Made by a program: the position numbers and the translations under genes
DNA from: Octopus vulgaris
Lineage: Eukaryota
DNA length: 64,000 nucleotides
Assembly (NCBI GenBank): GCA_951406725.2
Contig: OX597829.1
Span: forward strand, 56,916,001-56,980,000
Direction: 5' to 3'
The notes under the pieces: generated by a model
Databases searched by the model: none
Told to the model about the DNA's origin: nothing
Seen by the model: the letters and a program-made list of their open reading frames with translations, nothing else
In this document: piece after piece, positions 49,293 to 62,938 of the stretch
Layout: every line of letters begins with the position of its first letter
How positions within the stretch are numbered: position 1 is the first letter of the stretch

Positions 49293-52048
49293 CTAATTAA
49301 GAAAAAGAAAACCAATTAATTAAAATAAACATACATTGCTTATAAAACAAAAGTTGGTGTTGTTTAAATCAAATTATCCAACTTTCAACAAAACTGTAAC
49401 ACACATGCATTGAAGCTGATTTATCATCAAGTACAAAGCTTAATTTTGGTGCTTTGATGATTGGCTGAATTTAAAACTAATACAAAATTTTGCTGTTGTA
49501 ATTAAACAAGAGCAGAACAACATATTTCATCATCATTACTTTCTGACACCAGTAGTCTTTCTCACTAACCCACTTGACATCCATCTTTCTTTCTTAATAC
49601 TCTCCTTCTCCACTATCATTTTACATTGATCTCCCTTCTGTCCAAACAAATTATTTTCCCCTTTCTCTTATCTATCCACTCACCCTTCATGTTCTGCCTC
49701 CACTCACCCCTATTCACCTTTTTGTGCTTTGAACATCCATCCCGACACCAATTCATCGCTAATTTTTTTTTTATTTCTTTCTACCTCCAATTACTCTCCT
49801 TTTTCTTGTCACCTAGTATACTGTACCCCTACTGTACCCCAATGCAGATCTTAGCATTGCAAGCTAACTAGTGCTGGTGAAAAAGAAAAGAGAAAAAGCA
49901 GCACCTAATACACTCTAAAGTGGTTGGTGCTAAGAAAGATGTCCAGCCATAGAAACCATACCGGAACAGACAATGGAGAATGATGCAGTCCTTGGACTTA
50001 TCGAATCCTGTCTAACCATCCATCCCATACTACCACAAAAGACATCATCATCATTTAATGTCTCTTTTTCCATACTGACCACGCAGAGGGCTGTGCCAAG
50101 CTCTAGTGTCTGTTTCTACAGCTGGATACCCTTCTCAATGCCAACCAATTCACAGAATGTACAAAGGGTGCTTTTAACCTGATATGTTAAAAGGTCACAA
50201 AGTACCTACAAAATCAGATTCCTCAATTGAGTGTGGTGTAGTATTATGGGATAAGAAAGTGTGACAAAGGGGCAGGAAAAGGTGAATGGATGACTTGCCC
50301 ACCTGGAAAGTGAGAGAGAGACGTGAGGTCAAGGTGCATGGTGAATATGAGAGAGAGAGAGAGAGAACAGGATGGAGGGAGAGGAAAATGTGGGTGAGTG
50401 GGTTAGAGTGTGACAGATGATTAGAGATGGGAACTGAAGTGGAAGCAGTGAATATCAGAGAGGGGAAGTGAAAGAAAGGAGATAGGAACGGGTCAGGGAG
50501 GAGTAGGTGACAAGTGTTAGCAGTAGAGAAAAACATGTGTAAAATGATGATATTAGGGAGAGAAAGGAAACAGTTGGAGATGTAATATGTTTTTTTTTCT
50601 CTTCTTTGCCTCACAACATAATGCCAATGGGTCTTTTGCATTGCACATCCTTATGGATGCAGGGACCACAATCCTCCTCAGTTGGTCTACCTTGTTTGGC
50701 TAGGCCACTATGTACAGTCTAGATTGCAATTGTTTAAATCAATCCTGGTACTAAACTGGTGCCTATTTTAACAACTTCAAAAAATTACAGGTAAAGTCAA
50801 ACCAGTGAAACTTGAACTTACTCAGAAAATGAAAGGCTGAAACTTAACATCAAAAGATATTCTCGTCTGATTCTGCCAATTAATTACCATCTCTTGTAGC
50901 CTCTTGGTGATTCTTATTTGAGAAATAGATACGTGAAGTCTCTAACTCACTTGACTAAATCTTGGATTTCTAATTTGTTCAATGAAAACAAAAACTCTAT
51001 ACTTGAATATCGACATAGCTCTTGAACTAATCTATCCCCCTCCGTGTAGTTTTACAATTAGATGAAACAGATGGGTATGTAATTAACAAGCAACACAGCT
51101 TTTCGGTCAGTAATTCTGCTGGTTTAATTATCTGGATATTAGATACACACCTGTCAGTTGAAAAAAAGAAAACCCCAAAAAAACACTTAATTCTTTAGAA
51201 GGAATAGCTGGACTAACAAAGATTACCTATTAAGTTGATTACCAAAACTAAATTAAAAATTTGAAATCTAAAATTTTTTTTTTGAAGTCCACCACCTACC
51301 TTTAACATTTAAACTGCCCATTTCTAGCCCAAATATTCAACCTGTTTTAAGTCTAAACTGACCAAATCTGGCCTCACTGATGCTACTCTACAATCAGCAT
51401 TTAAATTAGATATTTCTGGCCCAGATATCCTATTAGTTTTATGGTTAAACTGGCCAGATCTGACCTCTTACACTTACTCTACAGTGCCATTCTCAAAATA
51501 ATGACATCATCAAGATCTCAAAGCTATGAGATTAATTCAAAACAATATGAATAAATAAGCATTTTATTTGAACAAGTAATTTGAATGCTACAGTGTTAAT
51601 GGTCTCCACAAAAATTACAGTAGCAACTGCGAACTTTGCATAGCTTTAGACTTTGGTAAGGGGAGAAAAAAAAATTCACATTGGTTACTCATTGGTCACT
51701 GCAGGATATGGCCGTATTTGCAAACCAGAGACCTGGTTTTAATTGGAATTAACCAAATGAAATCTCTACTTCATGTTTTCTTCTTTATATTGATAGCAAT
51801 CAGATGAAATCTGACAAATTTGTCTTTGTCTTGAAAACATTAATAAATATTCAACTACTAAAAGTATATTTCTTTGTAGAAAGACTAGATTTTATTATGT
51901 TACCTAATTGCCTTCTACATTCAGTACTGTCATTTTCCCCCATGCTGTTTCAAACAAGTTTTATGAGACACACTAATTTAACAGTAAAAGATTTATTGAA
52001 ATGCTTCACATACACAATTACATAATTTCAGAAAAGTTTTAATCTTAC

Positions 52049-52154
52049 TTGTATTCGAGGCACCACTTTTTCTAGACATTCTGTAGAACCAGATTTCAAA
52101 AGGTCAGGTAAATTGTTAACTACACTGAGTTGTTGGGATTCATTTCGGGCACAT
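52049..52154 (-). CDS. PPP4R4: PPP4R4 exon (CARNESQQLSVVNNLPDLLKSGSTECLEKVVPRIQ)
   Basis: cag acceptor and gtaag donor; 106 nt; similar to human GQDVQGTSVIANLP...RVLPKVR. Confidence 0.88.
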
Positions 52155-52285
52155 CTGGAAAATAACAGAGATAATAATAAGGATGATATTGTGATGTGTA
52201 GTATTTGAGTTGTGGTTCCATCCAATTTTTCCAAGCATGTGATTGGTTGGTTAATCTCAAATGTCTACGGGATAGTAAATATATA

Positions 52286-52527
52286 TAGAGGGTGTTCAAA
52301 AAGTCTCTCCGCAGTAAGTGTTTTATTGCAAAATAAATATTTATAAGATGGTATAAGACTACAAAAGAATATATTAGACTTTACCAGACTTTAACAAACT
52401 TTATAAGAGGTGTTTGAAAGTGTCGTCCTTCATTTTCAATACATAAGTTGACTCTTCTACACATGTTTTGAAATACATCTTGGAGAGAAAAAAATTCACT
52501 GCAGAGAGACTTTTTGAACACCTTATA
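52286..52527. mobile_element. Tc1/mariner deletion derivative (MITE) in a TA run
   Basis: TIRs gggtgttcaaaaagtctctccgcagt and actgcagagagactttttgaacacc; internal minus-strand MCRRVNLCIENEGRHFQ is a transposase C-terminus. Confidence 0.85.
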
Positions 52528-55310
52528 TATATATACACACATACACACAATGGGTTTTTAACATTTATTTTTTGATGCTTGCATGGGTTAGATGGAGTTT
52601 ATTGAAGCAGATTTTCAAGGACCAGATGCTCCTCCTGTCACCTGTTTCCAAGTAAAGTAATATTTTCCCATGACCGATGGAATTTCACAGAACTTTGGAA
52701 ACAAAGGACACCACTTCCATTACAGTAACAGTCATTTTACAACTATCATGTAATGTGGAAAGCAAAGAGGCAATAAAACACACACACACACACCCACATG
52801 CACACACACACACCTGCATGCACACACACACACACAAACAGGCTTCTTTCAGTCCATCTACCAAAACCACTCACAAGGCTTTGGTCAGCTTGAAACTATA
52901 GTAGAAGACACTCACCCAAGGTGCCATACAGTGGGAGTGAACCCAGAACCATGTGGTTGGGAAACAAAACTTCATGCCACCCAGCCACACCTGCACCTGT
53001 ATGTATTTGCACTATCTAAACAGTGTTTTGTTTTGTGGGGGATAGGATTTAAAGAATGGTTCACAGTTGGAGTTTCTTTTTTCTTTACAAATCTAATATT
53101 GCTCAAGATTGGATTAATAGTAAAATATAAACAAAATGTGCCCAGCATGGGCTGCAGTGTAATGACTGAAACAAGTAAAAGATATACCTCATTCTGTCCT
53201 TGAATCATCATACACAAACCAACAGAGATGAAAATAAAATCACAAATAGTACTGATTACACGAATACTGACTGTGGTCATGTCATAGCAATTTCTGTTTT
53301 GTTGCTTTGGATGTGCAGTTGCCATATTTAAATCTACAGAATCTCTAAATGAATTCAGGCAATATTTCTGAGCAAGAGAAAGGACTGAACATGCAAATTT
53401 AAGTTACCAACTGAACTTCATGCTTTAGTTACTGGTCCACTGTTCCAGCATGGCCTTGATATATTAAAAAGAAAAGGGGAGATAAATACTCAAATACATT
53501 AAAATCACAACACTATTGTCTTTTGATTAAAACTAAGGCATAATTGACAAAATCATGGTTCTAGGTTTAAACTTTGGCCCAGTTCAGGTGGAATATCACA
53601 AAATGATTGGAGATATCAATATCACATCCAAGATGAGGAAATGTGAGCATTTTAAATGTTTCTTCATGAAATTGACGAGAGAGAGAAAGTGTGTGTGTGT
53701 GCGTGTGCTAGAGTTATATTTCAAACCTGCCAGAGGCTAACTACTGAATATATTTCTGTTTTACAAACAGCTCTGGGATTAGTAGTACAGTGGTTAGAAT
53801 GAGAAGAGTTAGGTAGGACATTGACTTCTACAACAGCGAAGTTTGTCTAAGAATTTCTCTAACAGAGAGAGAAAGAGAGAGATGGTTATATGTTCAGTGG
53901 ATGTTTGAATGGGTTGGTGGTGTGCAGGTCATCTAACTACAAAGCTCCCATTCCAATATACTTCTGTGAATTAAAAGGAGATTGCAAACCATGTAAAGAC
54001 AGCAAGTAATCATTTATACTCCATTATTTTAACACCAGTTTTATCAGATTACATACAGCTTTGCAGCCTGAGATTATCCCTAATCAAGTAGAAGGTATAC
54101 AAATCTTTTCTAAATTACCAACAAAGTTCAGAACCAATGCCAATTTTGGTGATGGAAGGACATTGCAGCTAATATTGACAGTTAATTTGATGTCAACACC
54201 TTGTTGAGCTCAAGTTAACAACATAGATTGACTTCCTGGAAATGGAAGCCAAATCTCCCTCAAATCAAATTCTACTGTTTCAGAAAAAGACATTTTATAG
54301 TCTTAATTTTTTAAAGGTGTCTATGGCACCCGTAGCCTTTGTAAACCTCCAAGACTGGTGAGATTAATGCTGTTAATGTTTCCCTTGAATCTTTGCAAGA
54401 ATGACATGAGGTGGGAGGGGAATCCAGAAGAGTGACATTTTGGGGAAGAAGGACTGGATGTAGTGATCAATGTTGGGCTAGAGAGGCAGCAGACTCAAAT
54501 GGTAGAAAGCCAGGCAATATTACCATACAGAATTGAATCATTAAATGAACCTCTGTGTGATTATTCCATCTGCAAAAGTAGCAGCCCCGCCCCTCAGGTA
54601 ACACCTGTTTTAAAAACAACATATTGCATACTGTGGTCCTTAGATTCCTCTGCACACAGGGAAAAAAATGTGATGGTTATGGCTGGAATGCTTTTAGTTA
54701 TAGATTTGCTCAATCAAGGCTTACTTGGGACTGAACAAAATGTTTGGCCAATGAAACAGCTTTTACATGATTAATAAAACCTGCTAGAAATAGTAGCCGA
54801 GTCAATCTTTGATAATTGGTTAATGTAGTCTTATATACACCTAAATGATTTGTTTTTATAAGTCTGGTTATTCAAAGTTGATCTGGGAATTCATAACCTT
54901 ATATCACACCTTACAGTAACAAAGAAAAATAAAAGTGTAATTAAAAAAAAAAAAAGATCATCTGCTACAATATCTTAGATTGTAGGTGTGCTTGATCATG
55001 ACCAATCTGAAGCTAAAGAACAACAGCCATGCTCAAAAATATTCCACATTCTCTATTAAAAAAATTCTGCTGGATGTTTCATTTCATCTTTGCAGAAGAA
55101 ATTTCAAAAAATCTACCAGTTATATTCTAGGACCAAATCCACTGTTGCTAAATTGTAGAGAATGTCAAGAACTAAAGTAGCTACTTTCATTTAAACAAAC
55201 TTCTGAAAATTTCTTTCCATTATTTTGAAAATTCAAACACTTTTGTTTGAGCAAATCTGCTTTTGAACAAATAAGGTAGTCGAAGGGTTAAGAATTTAAT
55301 ATTTTCTCAC

Positions 55311-55363
55311 TTTGATGTTTCACATAATTTCTTCATTGCACTTGGCAGTTCCATATCATCTAA
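55311..55363 (-). CDS. Candidate upstream PPP4R4 exon (LDDMELPSAMKKLCETSK)
   Basis: tag acceptor and gtgag donor; ends in phase 2, compatible with the exon at 52154; homology not evident. Confidence 0.35.
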
Positions 55364-56562
55364 CTACAGGCATTAAGAAACTGTTAAATCTATGGTGCCA
55401 CAATGAAAGACAAAATAACCCCCAAGAATCCCAAAAGTGATCGACAGAATGTTTGACTTTCACTCATTAACATTGCTCAAACATTAATGGAGAATTTTCC
55501 AGTTAAAAAAAAAAAAGGGGAGTGTGGGTGTATAGTCATGTAGGTGATGACGGGAGACTTAAAGAAAGCATAAAAGACTAAATGATACCACAGTGCCATT
55601 GAAACGAAATAAAAGCCGTTCTCAACATTGCAGAACATATTTGTCATAAATTATAGTTTATAGTCACATTTTTCAAAAGAAGAATAAAAAAAAAGCTAAC
55701 AAAAAAAAAATGGCATTAGGTGATTAGCATGGGAATATGAAAAAAAACCCCAACAAAAGCAAAAAAAAAACAAAACAAACTACAAGGTTGATAAGCTCTT
55801 TTATATGTCAACCCCTCACTCACTCACCATCAGACTTTGGTTATTTTTCTATTTCTAATACATCAAGCAATTATATCCTTTCAGAGTAGCTGGGATATTG
55901 CACTCAATTATCGGCAATTTGAGATGGGAGTTAAAGGATCTGTTCGTACATAATTAAAATTAACAGTTTAGGGAGACAGGGAAGCAACGTAGAAAACAAG
56001 GGCACAAACCAACTCTCTTATTTGCTGCCACAAATCAACGTGAGTGAAGGTTATTAACTAAATTCAGTTTTCGAAGAATATATTTATCAGACAACAATAA
56101 AAATATTTGGGAAAGATGAAATTTAAAGGATTAGGGGAAGGGAAAGAAATTCCCTATCGTTCAAATGTTATTAGAAATTCCAATTTAATATTGAAATAAA
56201 TTGTATGATCAATTCATTTTAAATATAAGGGATAGATGAGAGTCTGAAGGAAACTGAAAAAAAAAAACCCCCCAAAAAATGAAAAGATTTTCAAATATAA
56301 GGTTTAGAGGAGGAGTTAAACCAAATGATAAAATTTAGGTGGGAAGTTGCAGCCAGGTTTTTTTTTTTGACGTAGGAGAGAAATTGAGATACAGCATTGT
56401 TTTACATCCTCTGTAAACTTTTTCCTGAAGAACGATGATCTGAATGTTGGATTTTCCACTCCCCGTAGCAAGTACACTGAATTCTTTTTGTCAATTCTAC
56501 TAAATAATAATACTAGTCTAACCAACAGAGACCAACACCAATTGGGAGGTTAACCAAACTAT

Positions 56563-56685
56563 AAGCTGTAGAAACACTGCCAGATCAGACTGGAGCCTGG
56601 TGCAGCCTCCTGGCTTCCCAGATCCCCGGTCGAACCATCCAACCCATGCTAGCATGGAGAACGGACGTTAAACGATGATGATGAT
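56563..56685 (+). mobile_element. Short RTE 3' end
   Basis: agctgtagaaacactgccagatcagactgg...cggacgttaaacgatgatgat. Confidence 0.8.
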
Positions 56686-56874
56686 AAGGTTTGAGTAACT
56701 AAAAATATGGTAAGAAATAACAAATCTTTACAAAATAAAATGGTTAGTTTAAATCACAATATTAATTATGGTTCGGTGAAATCAAGGGAATAGTTCTAAT
56801 GTGAAAGATAACTTAAATATTATGCTCTATTTAGTTACTCTGGTCTTCTCAGGTTGATGATTAAATCAATCATT

Positions 56875-56932
<58 letters not shown>

Positions 56933-56948
56933 ACATATATATATATAT

Positions 56949-56979
<31 letters not shown>

Positions 56980-57222
56980 TTCTGAGTTTAAATCCCGTCG
57001 AGATCAACTTTGCCTTTCATCCATTTGGGGTTGATAAAATAATAAAGTACGAGTGAAGTGATTGACTTGTTCTCTCTCCTCAAAAATGCAAGGCTTGAAT
57101 CCTACAAGAGACTAGCACCCTAATCAGAGGAAATGTGATCGGATCACTAATATGTCATAGGAACCAGGCAAGCAATCTTATAAGTTCTAGTTACCAATAA
57201 AAAAAAGTATATATATAATGTA

Positions 57223-57730
57223 TCATCATTGTTTAACGTCTACTTTCCATGCTGGCATGGATTGGATGGTTTGACTGAGGTCTGGAAAACCAGTGGCTGC
57301 ACCAAGCTCCAATCTGATCTGGCAAGGTTTCTACAGCTAGATGCCCTTCCTAATGCCAACCACACCAAGAGTGTAGTGGGTGCTTTTATGTGCCACTGGC
57401 ATGGGAGCCAGTCAGAGGGCACTGGCATTGGCTACGTTTGGATGGTGCTTTTTATGTGCCTCTGGCACAGAAGCCAATCAGGTGGACCTGGCATTGATCA
57501 TGTTTGGATGATGTCTTTTACATGTCACTGGAAGGGGAGCCAGTCAGGGGCACTGGCCACTGCTATGTTTTCGGTTTTACTTGACTCAACAGGTCTTCTC
57601 AAGCATATCATATTGCCTGACGCATCAAAGGTACTTTTAAATGGGCTGGACATGCAACATTGGCAGCACCCATGGCTGCGATCTCACTTTAGTTGCTGGG
57701 TCTTCTCAATCACAGCATATCTCCAAAGCT
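57223..57730 (-). mobile_element. RTE LINE 3' end (UTR and last codons)
   Basis: catcattgtttaacgtctactttccatgctggcatggg is the reverse complement of the family tail. Confidence 0.85.
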
Positions 57731-58414
57731 AACCCAATTTTCACCTTTAAAGGTTTTTTAATATGTTGGCCACTTGGTGAAATTTTTGAAAAAAATTTTA
57801 TCCTATATTAGAAGCAAATATATATATATATTTGGTTTTGGGATTTGGTTTGCAAGATTCTTTATATGAGTTCATGTGTTGAAGCATATTCTGTTGTGTC
57901 TGGGGCACAAAAAGAAAATGACTCTCCCCAGATGCAACAGTATATATATATATATATATATATATAGGAAATAGTGACACAACAAGGCACCAATATTTGC
58001 TGGAAATAACAGTCGATAACTGTATGATGCTATGTAAAGCTTCACTAAATGTATAGAGGCAAAGAAGATGTGTGCGGATGGTGAGCATAAAAATTTTTGT
58101 CTTACTTCTAGGAAGAATGCTGGATAAATGGACACCCTAGAATGGATAACCCAGAACTTGAGTTTCGGAGTTTCCAGAATACGTTTGTTATCATAAATCT
58201 GGTTGGTCTTCTTCAGCTAGGTTCACTGAAGACGAAATTTAAAATATCCGCTACATAAACGCCAGTATATTTGGCTGATATGCCTAGCCACAAACAGAAC
58301 TGAGATCAGTGAAAAAGCTTTATGTAAAAATTATAAATAGTATTGCAATACAATGGTATTATTTTCCAGCTAAAAAAATCGTAAAGGTAGAATTCTTATA
58401 TATATATATATATC

Positions 58415-58760
58415 TTTTATGTTTTTCAGTCATTATTTGACTGCAGCCATGCTGGGGCTCCGCCTTGGAGAATTTTAGTTAAATGAATTGACGCCAGTAC
58501 CTTTTTTAAACCTATCAGTCTCTTTTGCTGAACCACTAAGTTACGGGGGATGTAAATACATGAACATAGGTTGTTCAGTGGTGATGGGAGGTGGGGTGGC
58601 ATATACACAGACACATGCGATGGGCTTCTTCCAGTTTCCATCTACCAAATCCACTCACAAGGCTTTGGTTGACCCAAAGTTACAGTAGAAAACATTTGCC
58701 CAAGGTGCCAAGCAGTGGGACTGAACCCAGAACTATGTGGTTAGGAAGCAAGCTTCCTAC
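58415..58760 (-). mobile_element. SINE family A
   Basis: Tail, core and head all recognisable. Confidence 0.8.
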
Positions 58761-59130
58761 TAACACACACACACACCTCACCAATGCAAGGAAACTGAAA
58801 AATCATGCCTTTTTGAAACAAATTCCCTTGAGACATTACTTAGCATTTAGTTGATGAATGGGGCCCTATTATAAACCCTGTAATTAATGATGCTATTGCT
58901 TGTTGATTGCAATTATTGAATGTATCCTTTTTGTTTATCTTCATTACAACAGAATGTAATTTGGTAGAGAATTAGCTGCTTTATCATGCAGGTCATTTTT
59001 CTTTCTTTTATTTTTAAGTTTTTAATTTCAATGAGCAAAAGCAGTTTCCACCATTTTTAAATTGATACAAAACAAATATGGAATTGGAAATAATTAATCA
59101 TCAATTAAAATTTTGTAAATAGTCCAATAA

Positions 59131-59480
59131 TTGGCTGTGTCGTTAAGAAGCTTGCTTTGCAATCATGTGATTTTGGTTTTAGTCCTACTGTGCTGCACCT
59201 TGGGCAGTTGTCTTCTACTCTAGCCCTGGATTGAGTAAAGCCTTGTGGTGGATTTGGTGAATGGAAACTGTGTGGAAGCCCATCATACGTGTGTGTGTTT
59301 TGTGTTTGTACCTCCCTACCACTTGAGGACAGGTTATTGGTTTGTTTATGTCCCTGTAACTTAGTGGTTTGGCAAATGATAGAGTAAGTATCAAACCTAG
59401 AATAAAAATACTGGGTCTGATATGTTTGACTAAACCCTTCAAGACTAAACCCTGGCATGGCTGCAATCCAATGATAAAAG
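59131..59480 (+). mobile_element. SINE family A
   Basis: gccttgtggtggatttggtgaatggaaactg core. Confidence 0.75.
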
Positions 59481-59485
59481 AATAA

Positions 59486-59681
59486 TATATTAAAACAAAG
59501 TTAAAATATGGTCATAGAGTGACCAATGGCTTTGTATCCACGAAAGCTACAGCCTTGTGGATAGCCAATCAGACTCTATAGCTGTCAATCAGACGCGATG
59601 GCTGTCCACAAGGCTGTAGCTTTTGTAGATACAAAACCACTGGTCACTCTACGACCAGACTTTAACTTTATGTTTCAATAT
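59486..59681. repeat. About 195-bp imperfect palindrome
   Basis: Arms of about 82 bp (ggtcatagagtgaccaatggctttgtatccacgaaagctacagccttgtgga and its reverse complement) around a spacer of about 30 nt. Confidence 0.85.
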
Positions 59682-59752
59682 TTACTGCTCTATTCTTTAG
59701 AGCGTGCTTCTTATACTGATATATCTTATATTGACGAACAATATATATATAA

Positions 59753-60803
59753 GTAGGGGTTCACCAAGGATCAGTCCTTAGTCCCCTCTTATTCAACAGA
59801 ATCCTCCAGGCAATAACAAAGGAATTCAAGACAGGATGCCTCTGAGAGCTCCTCTATGCTGATGACCTTGCTCTAATAGCCGAGTCACTGCCAGAAGTAT
59901 AGACGAAGTTTAGGGGTGGAAACAAGGTCTAGAATTGAAGGGCCTTAGGGTTAACCTAGCAAAAACCAAAGTCTTAGTAAGTAGAGAGGGTGACAAATCA
60001 TAAAACCCTTCAGGTAGATGGCCCTGCTAAATCTGTAGGAAAGGCATGGGTAGAAACTCCATACCTTGTACCTGGCATAAGCTATGGACACATAAAAGGT
60101 GCAGCAATATCAAAGGAAGGTTAATCAGGAAGACAGCTTTTGTGTGTTGCAGGTGCACAGGGTCAATAAACACCGAAAATGTACAGATTCCATCACATGC
60201 CAAGGGGTAAAACTAGAAGTAGTTAATAGCTTCTGCTAGCTAGGTGACCAAGTCTGTAGTGGAGGTGGTTGCTCTGAGAGTGTAGCGACTAGAGTAAGAA
60301 TAGCCTTGGTAAAGTTCAGGGAGTTCCTACCTCTGCTGGCAACTAAGAGCCTCTCACTCATGATGAAAGGTAGACTGTATGATGCATGTGTGCAAACTGC
60401 CATGCTACATGGAAGTGAAACATGGGCCATGAATGCTGAGGACATGTATAGGTTTGAAAGAAATGAAGTTAGTTTGATCCGCTGGATGTGTAATGTCAGA
60501 GTGCATACATGGCAGAGTGTAAGTGCCCTGAGAGAAATGTTGGACATAAGAAGCATCAGATGTGGTGTGCAAGAGAGGCAACTGTGCTGGTATGGTCATG
60601 TGTTAGGTGTGGATGAGGACAGCTGTGTGAAGATATGCCGCACCCTAACTGTGGAAGGAACATGTGGAAGAGGTAGACTGAGGAAGATATGAGATGAGAT
60701 GATGAAGCATGTCCTTCGAACATTGGGCCTCACAAAGGCAATGACAGGAAACCAGGACCTTTGGAGATACACTGTGATTGAGAAGGCCCAGCAACTAAAG
60801 TGA
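59753..60803 (+). mobile_element. RTE-clade LINE RT and C-terminal fragment
   Basis: GVHQGSVLSP, LLYADDL, ORF 60306..60692 LHGSETW...GRGRLRK; closely similar to 29630-30600. Confidence 0.9.
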
Positions 60804-62185
60804 GTGATTTAAATCTGGGTTTAAGTCACATGTTTTATATATATATATAATCATACACCTTCTGGAAAGATGAGTGGTTTATAAAGAAAAAATATTAGAA
60901 TGTTGCCTTGGAATATTTGTTTTGGCTCTTTTTGAGTTCGAATCCTGTCAAAGTAAGCTTTGCCTTTCATCCTTTCTGGTTCAATAAAATAAAGCACCAG
61001 TCTAAGACTGGGTTGATGGAATCATTAGAGCAATGGACAAAATCTTTTGTCCAAAATTGGTTCCAGCTCCTTAAGTTCTGTGTATCTGGGTAGTTGTGAT
61101 GGATATGTTTTTAGCTAGATGACAAGATGGTGTCTTATAGTAAAAAGAAAAAAAAAAGAAAAGTCAAGTAAGAAATTAATGGTAAACCATGTTTGTATTA
61201 CCCCAGGTAAATTCCACAATTCATTTTTTCACCAGGGTACTACATGTCTGTTCAGTCTCTCCAGATAAGAACTCTTATGGAAGCAGAGTTGGCTGCAGTT
61301 AGTTTTAAAGTCTGAACACAGTGAACAAATGCTAAGAAGCATTCAATCTGATGCTGCCATGACTGACAACTTATGTCAAGGAAGTCATCAGCAATCATTT
61401 GGTACGAAGGGAGCGTGGTGGATTATTGAGACAAATTCTCTATGGCTAGATGCCCTTCCTGTTGCCAATCTTCATCTGTTTCCAAGCAAGGAAATATTTC
61501 CTTATGGCCAGACATAGTCTTGCAGAAGACTGAAAACAAAGGATACTGTTTGCATGACAATGACACTCACTCACAATTATGATATATGAAAGCTAAGAGA
61601 CGGTAACACACAAATAGATGCAAAGGGCTTCTTTCAGTTTCCATCTACCAAATCCACTCACTAAACTTTGGTTGGCTTGGGACTACAGAAGACATTTGCT
61701 CAAGATGCTAAGCAGTGAGAACCAGGAACCAAACTTCTTACCACACAGTCAAACCTGCATCTACATGACTTATTTTATCAACCATGGATAGATGAAAGAT
61801 AAAACTTAACGCAGTGGGATTTGAACTCAAAATTCAAGGTGGTTGTAATGAAATAAAGCAAGGCAATGCCCATGCTCTTGTAATTCTCACAACATTCACC
61901 ACCTGGTAGGTGTTTAAGGGGGAAAGGCATATTTACAATTCTAAACCTTAAGATGACATGACCTACAGAAACTAAAAAGACAACACACACACACACACAC
62001 AAGAACAATAAAAATAAAATGGTTAAAGCTAGAGGCATTGATTAGATGTTTCTATTGATCAGATTGGTTATCTCTTTGTTTGGGATAGGATAGGCCTGCT
62101 TTAAGTAGAATAAGTAAAAGATAACTACTACAATAAAATAACAAAATAAAAATAGTCATCATAGATAGAGAAGGTTTGTGTGTGT

Positions 62186-62247
<62 letters not shown>

Positions 62248-62366
62248 AACTGGAGTTATCTATTTCCAAGTATTCGGCACTTGATCAGTTTTTGTCCCAG
62301 ATGTATTTCCTACTTGAATTAGGCTGGAGTAGGTGGCTATCTTAACACCACCATCACCATTAACAC

Positions 62367-62398
<32 letters not shown>

Positions 62399-62863
62399 GG
62401 TGTGGTTATGGAGTTTGTGTGGTATACAACATTTCAGTGGTGGAATGGTGGGTGAACTCAGTAGCACAGAACAGAAAATAACACAACTGTAAATAACAAA
62501 ATCTATAGGAGGAACAGCAGCAGCAGCAATAATAATAATAATAATAATCACAAATAATAATGATAATATTTAGCTGGATGTATGAACACTTAGTTTCCTG
62601 AATCAGCCAGAGAAGCTACATAAAAGGAGTGCCCTAATTGAAGCAGTGTCATGTAAAACATGATTACTCCACTGAACACAGACACAAAACCAACTTCTTT
62701 TCTATAGTTGTTCCTTCTATTTGAGCAGCAAATTAAGGTTGGGTTTAATAAAAAGATAACAACAACAGCAACAATAATTCTGACAATAATAATAATAATA
62801 ATGATAATACAAAAGATGATTGGTTACAAGAGGTTGTGTGATAGCAGTTGCATTTGATTACAG

Positions 62864-62938
62864 AAAATGCCAAGCTGAGATCCATAATGAAACGAACAAA
62901 TTTTGCCAAAATTCTTTTGAGGATCTTCATTTTAGGTG
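62864..62938 (+). CDS. Candidate exon of a separate plus-strand gene
   Basis: gattacag acceptor and gtaagc donor; 75 nt; two open frames (NAKLRSIMKRTNFAKILLRIFILG or KCQAEIHNETNKFCQNSFEDLHFR). Confidence 0.3.

Larger units (their letters stand above)
684..52154 (-). other. PPP4R4: Multi-exon gene: serine/threonine-protein phosphatase 4 regulatory subunit 4-like (HEAT-repeat), at least 23 coding exons, 5' end unresolved
   Basis: Hand-spliced GT-AG exons join in frame (about 882 aa). Motifs match human PPP4R4 as recalled: IKKEILPIVQSLCQDVDYEVRGCMCKQL, ILPELVELTNDE, IGRLCHGL, AYNFPA, YSKSFFKE, DPVPNIRLKLC. Confidence 0.93.

Noticed and set aside
56440-56500. Minus-strand IDKKNSVYLLR resembling human PPP4R4 IERAVYLLS
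   Set aside because: No GT donor at the required phase-2 position after YLLR; the similarity is probably chance
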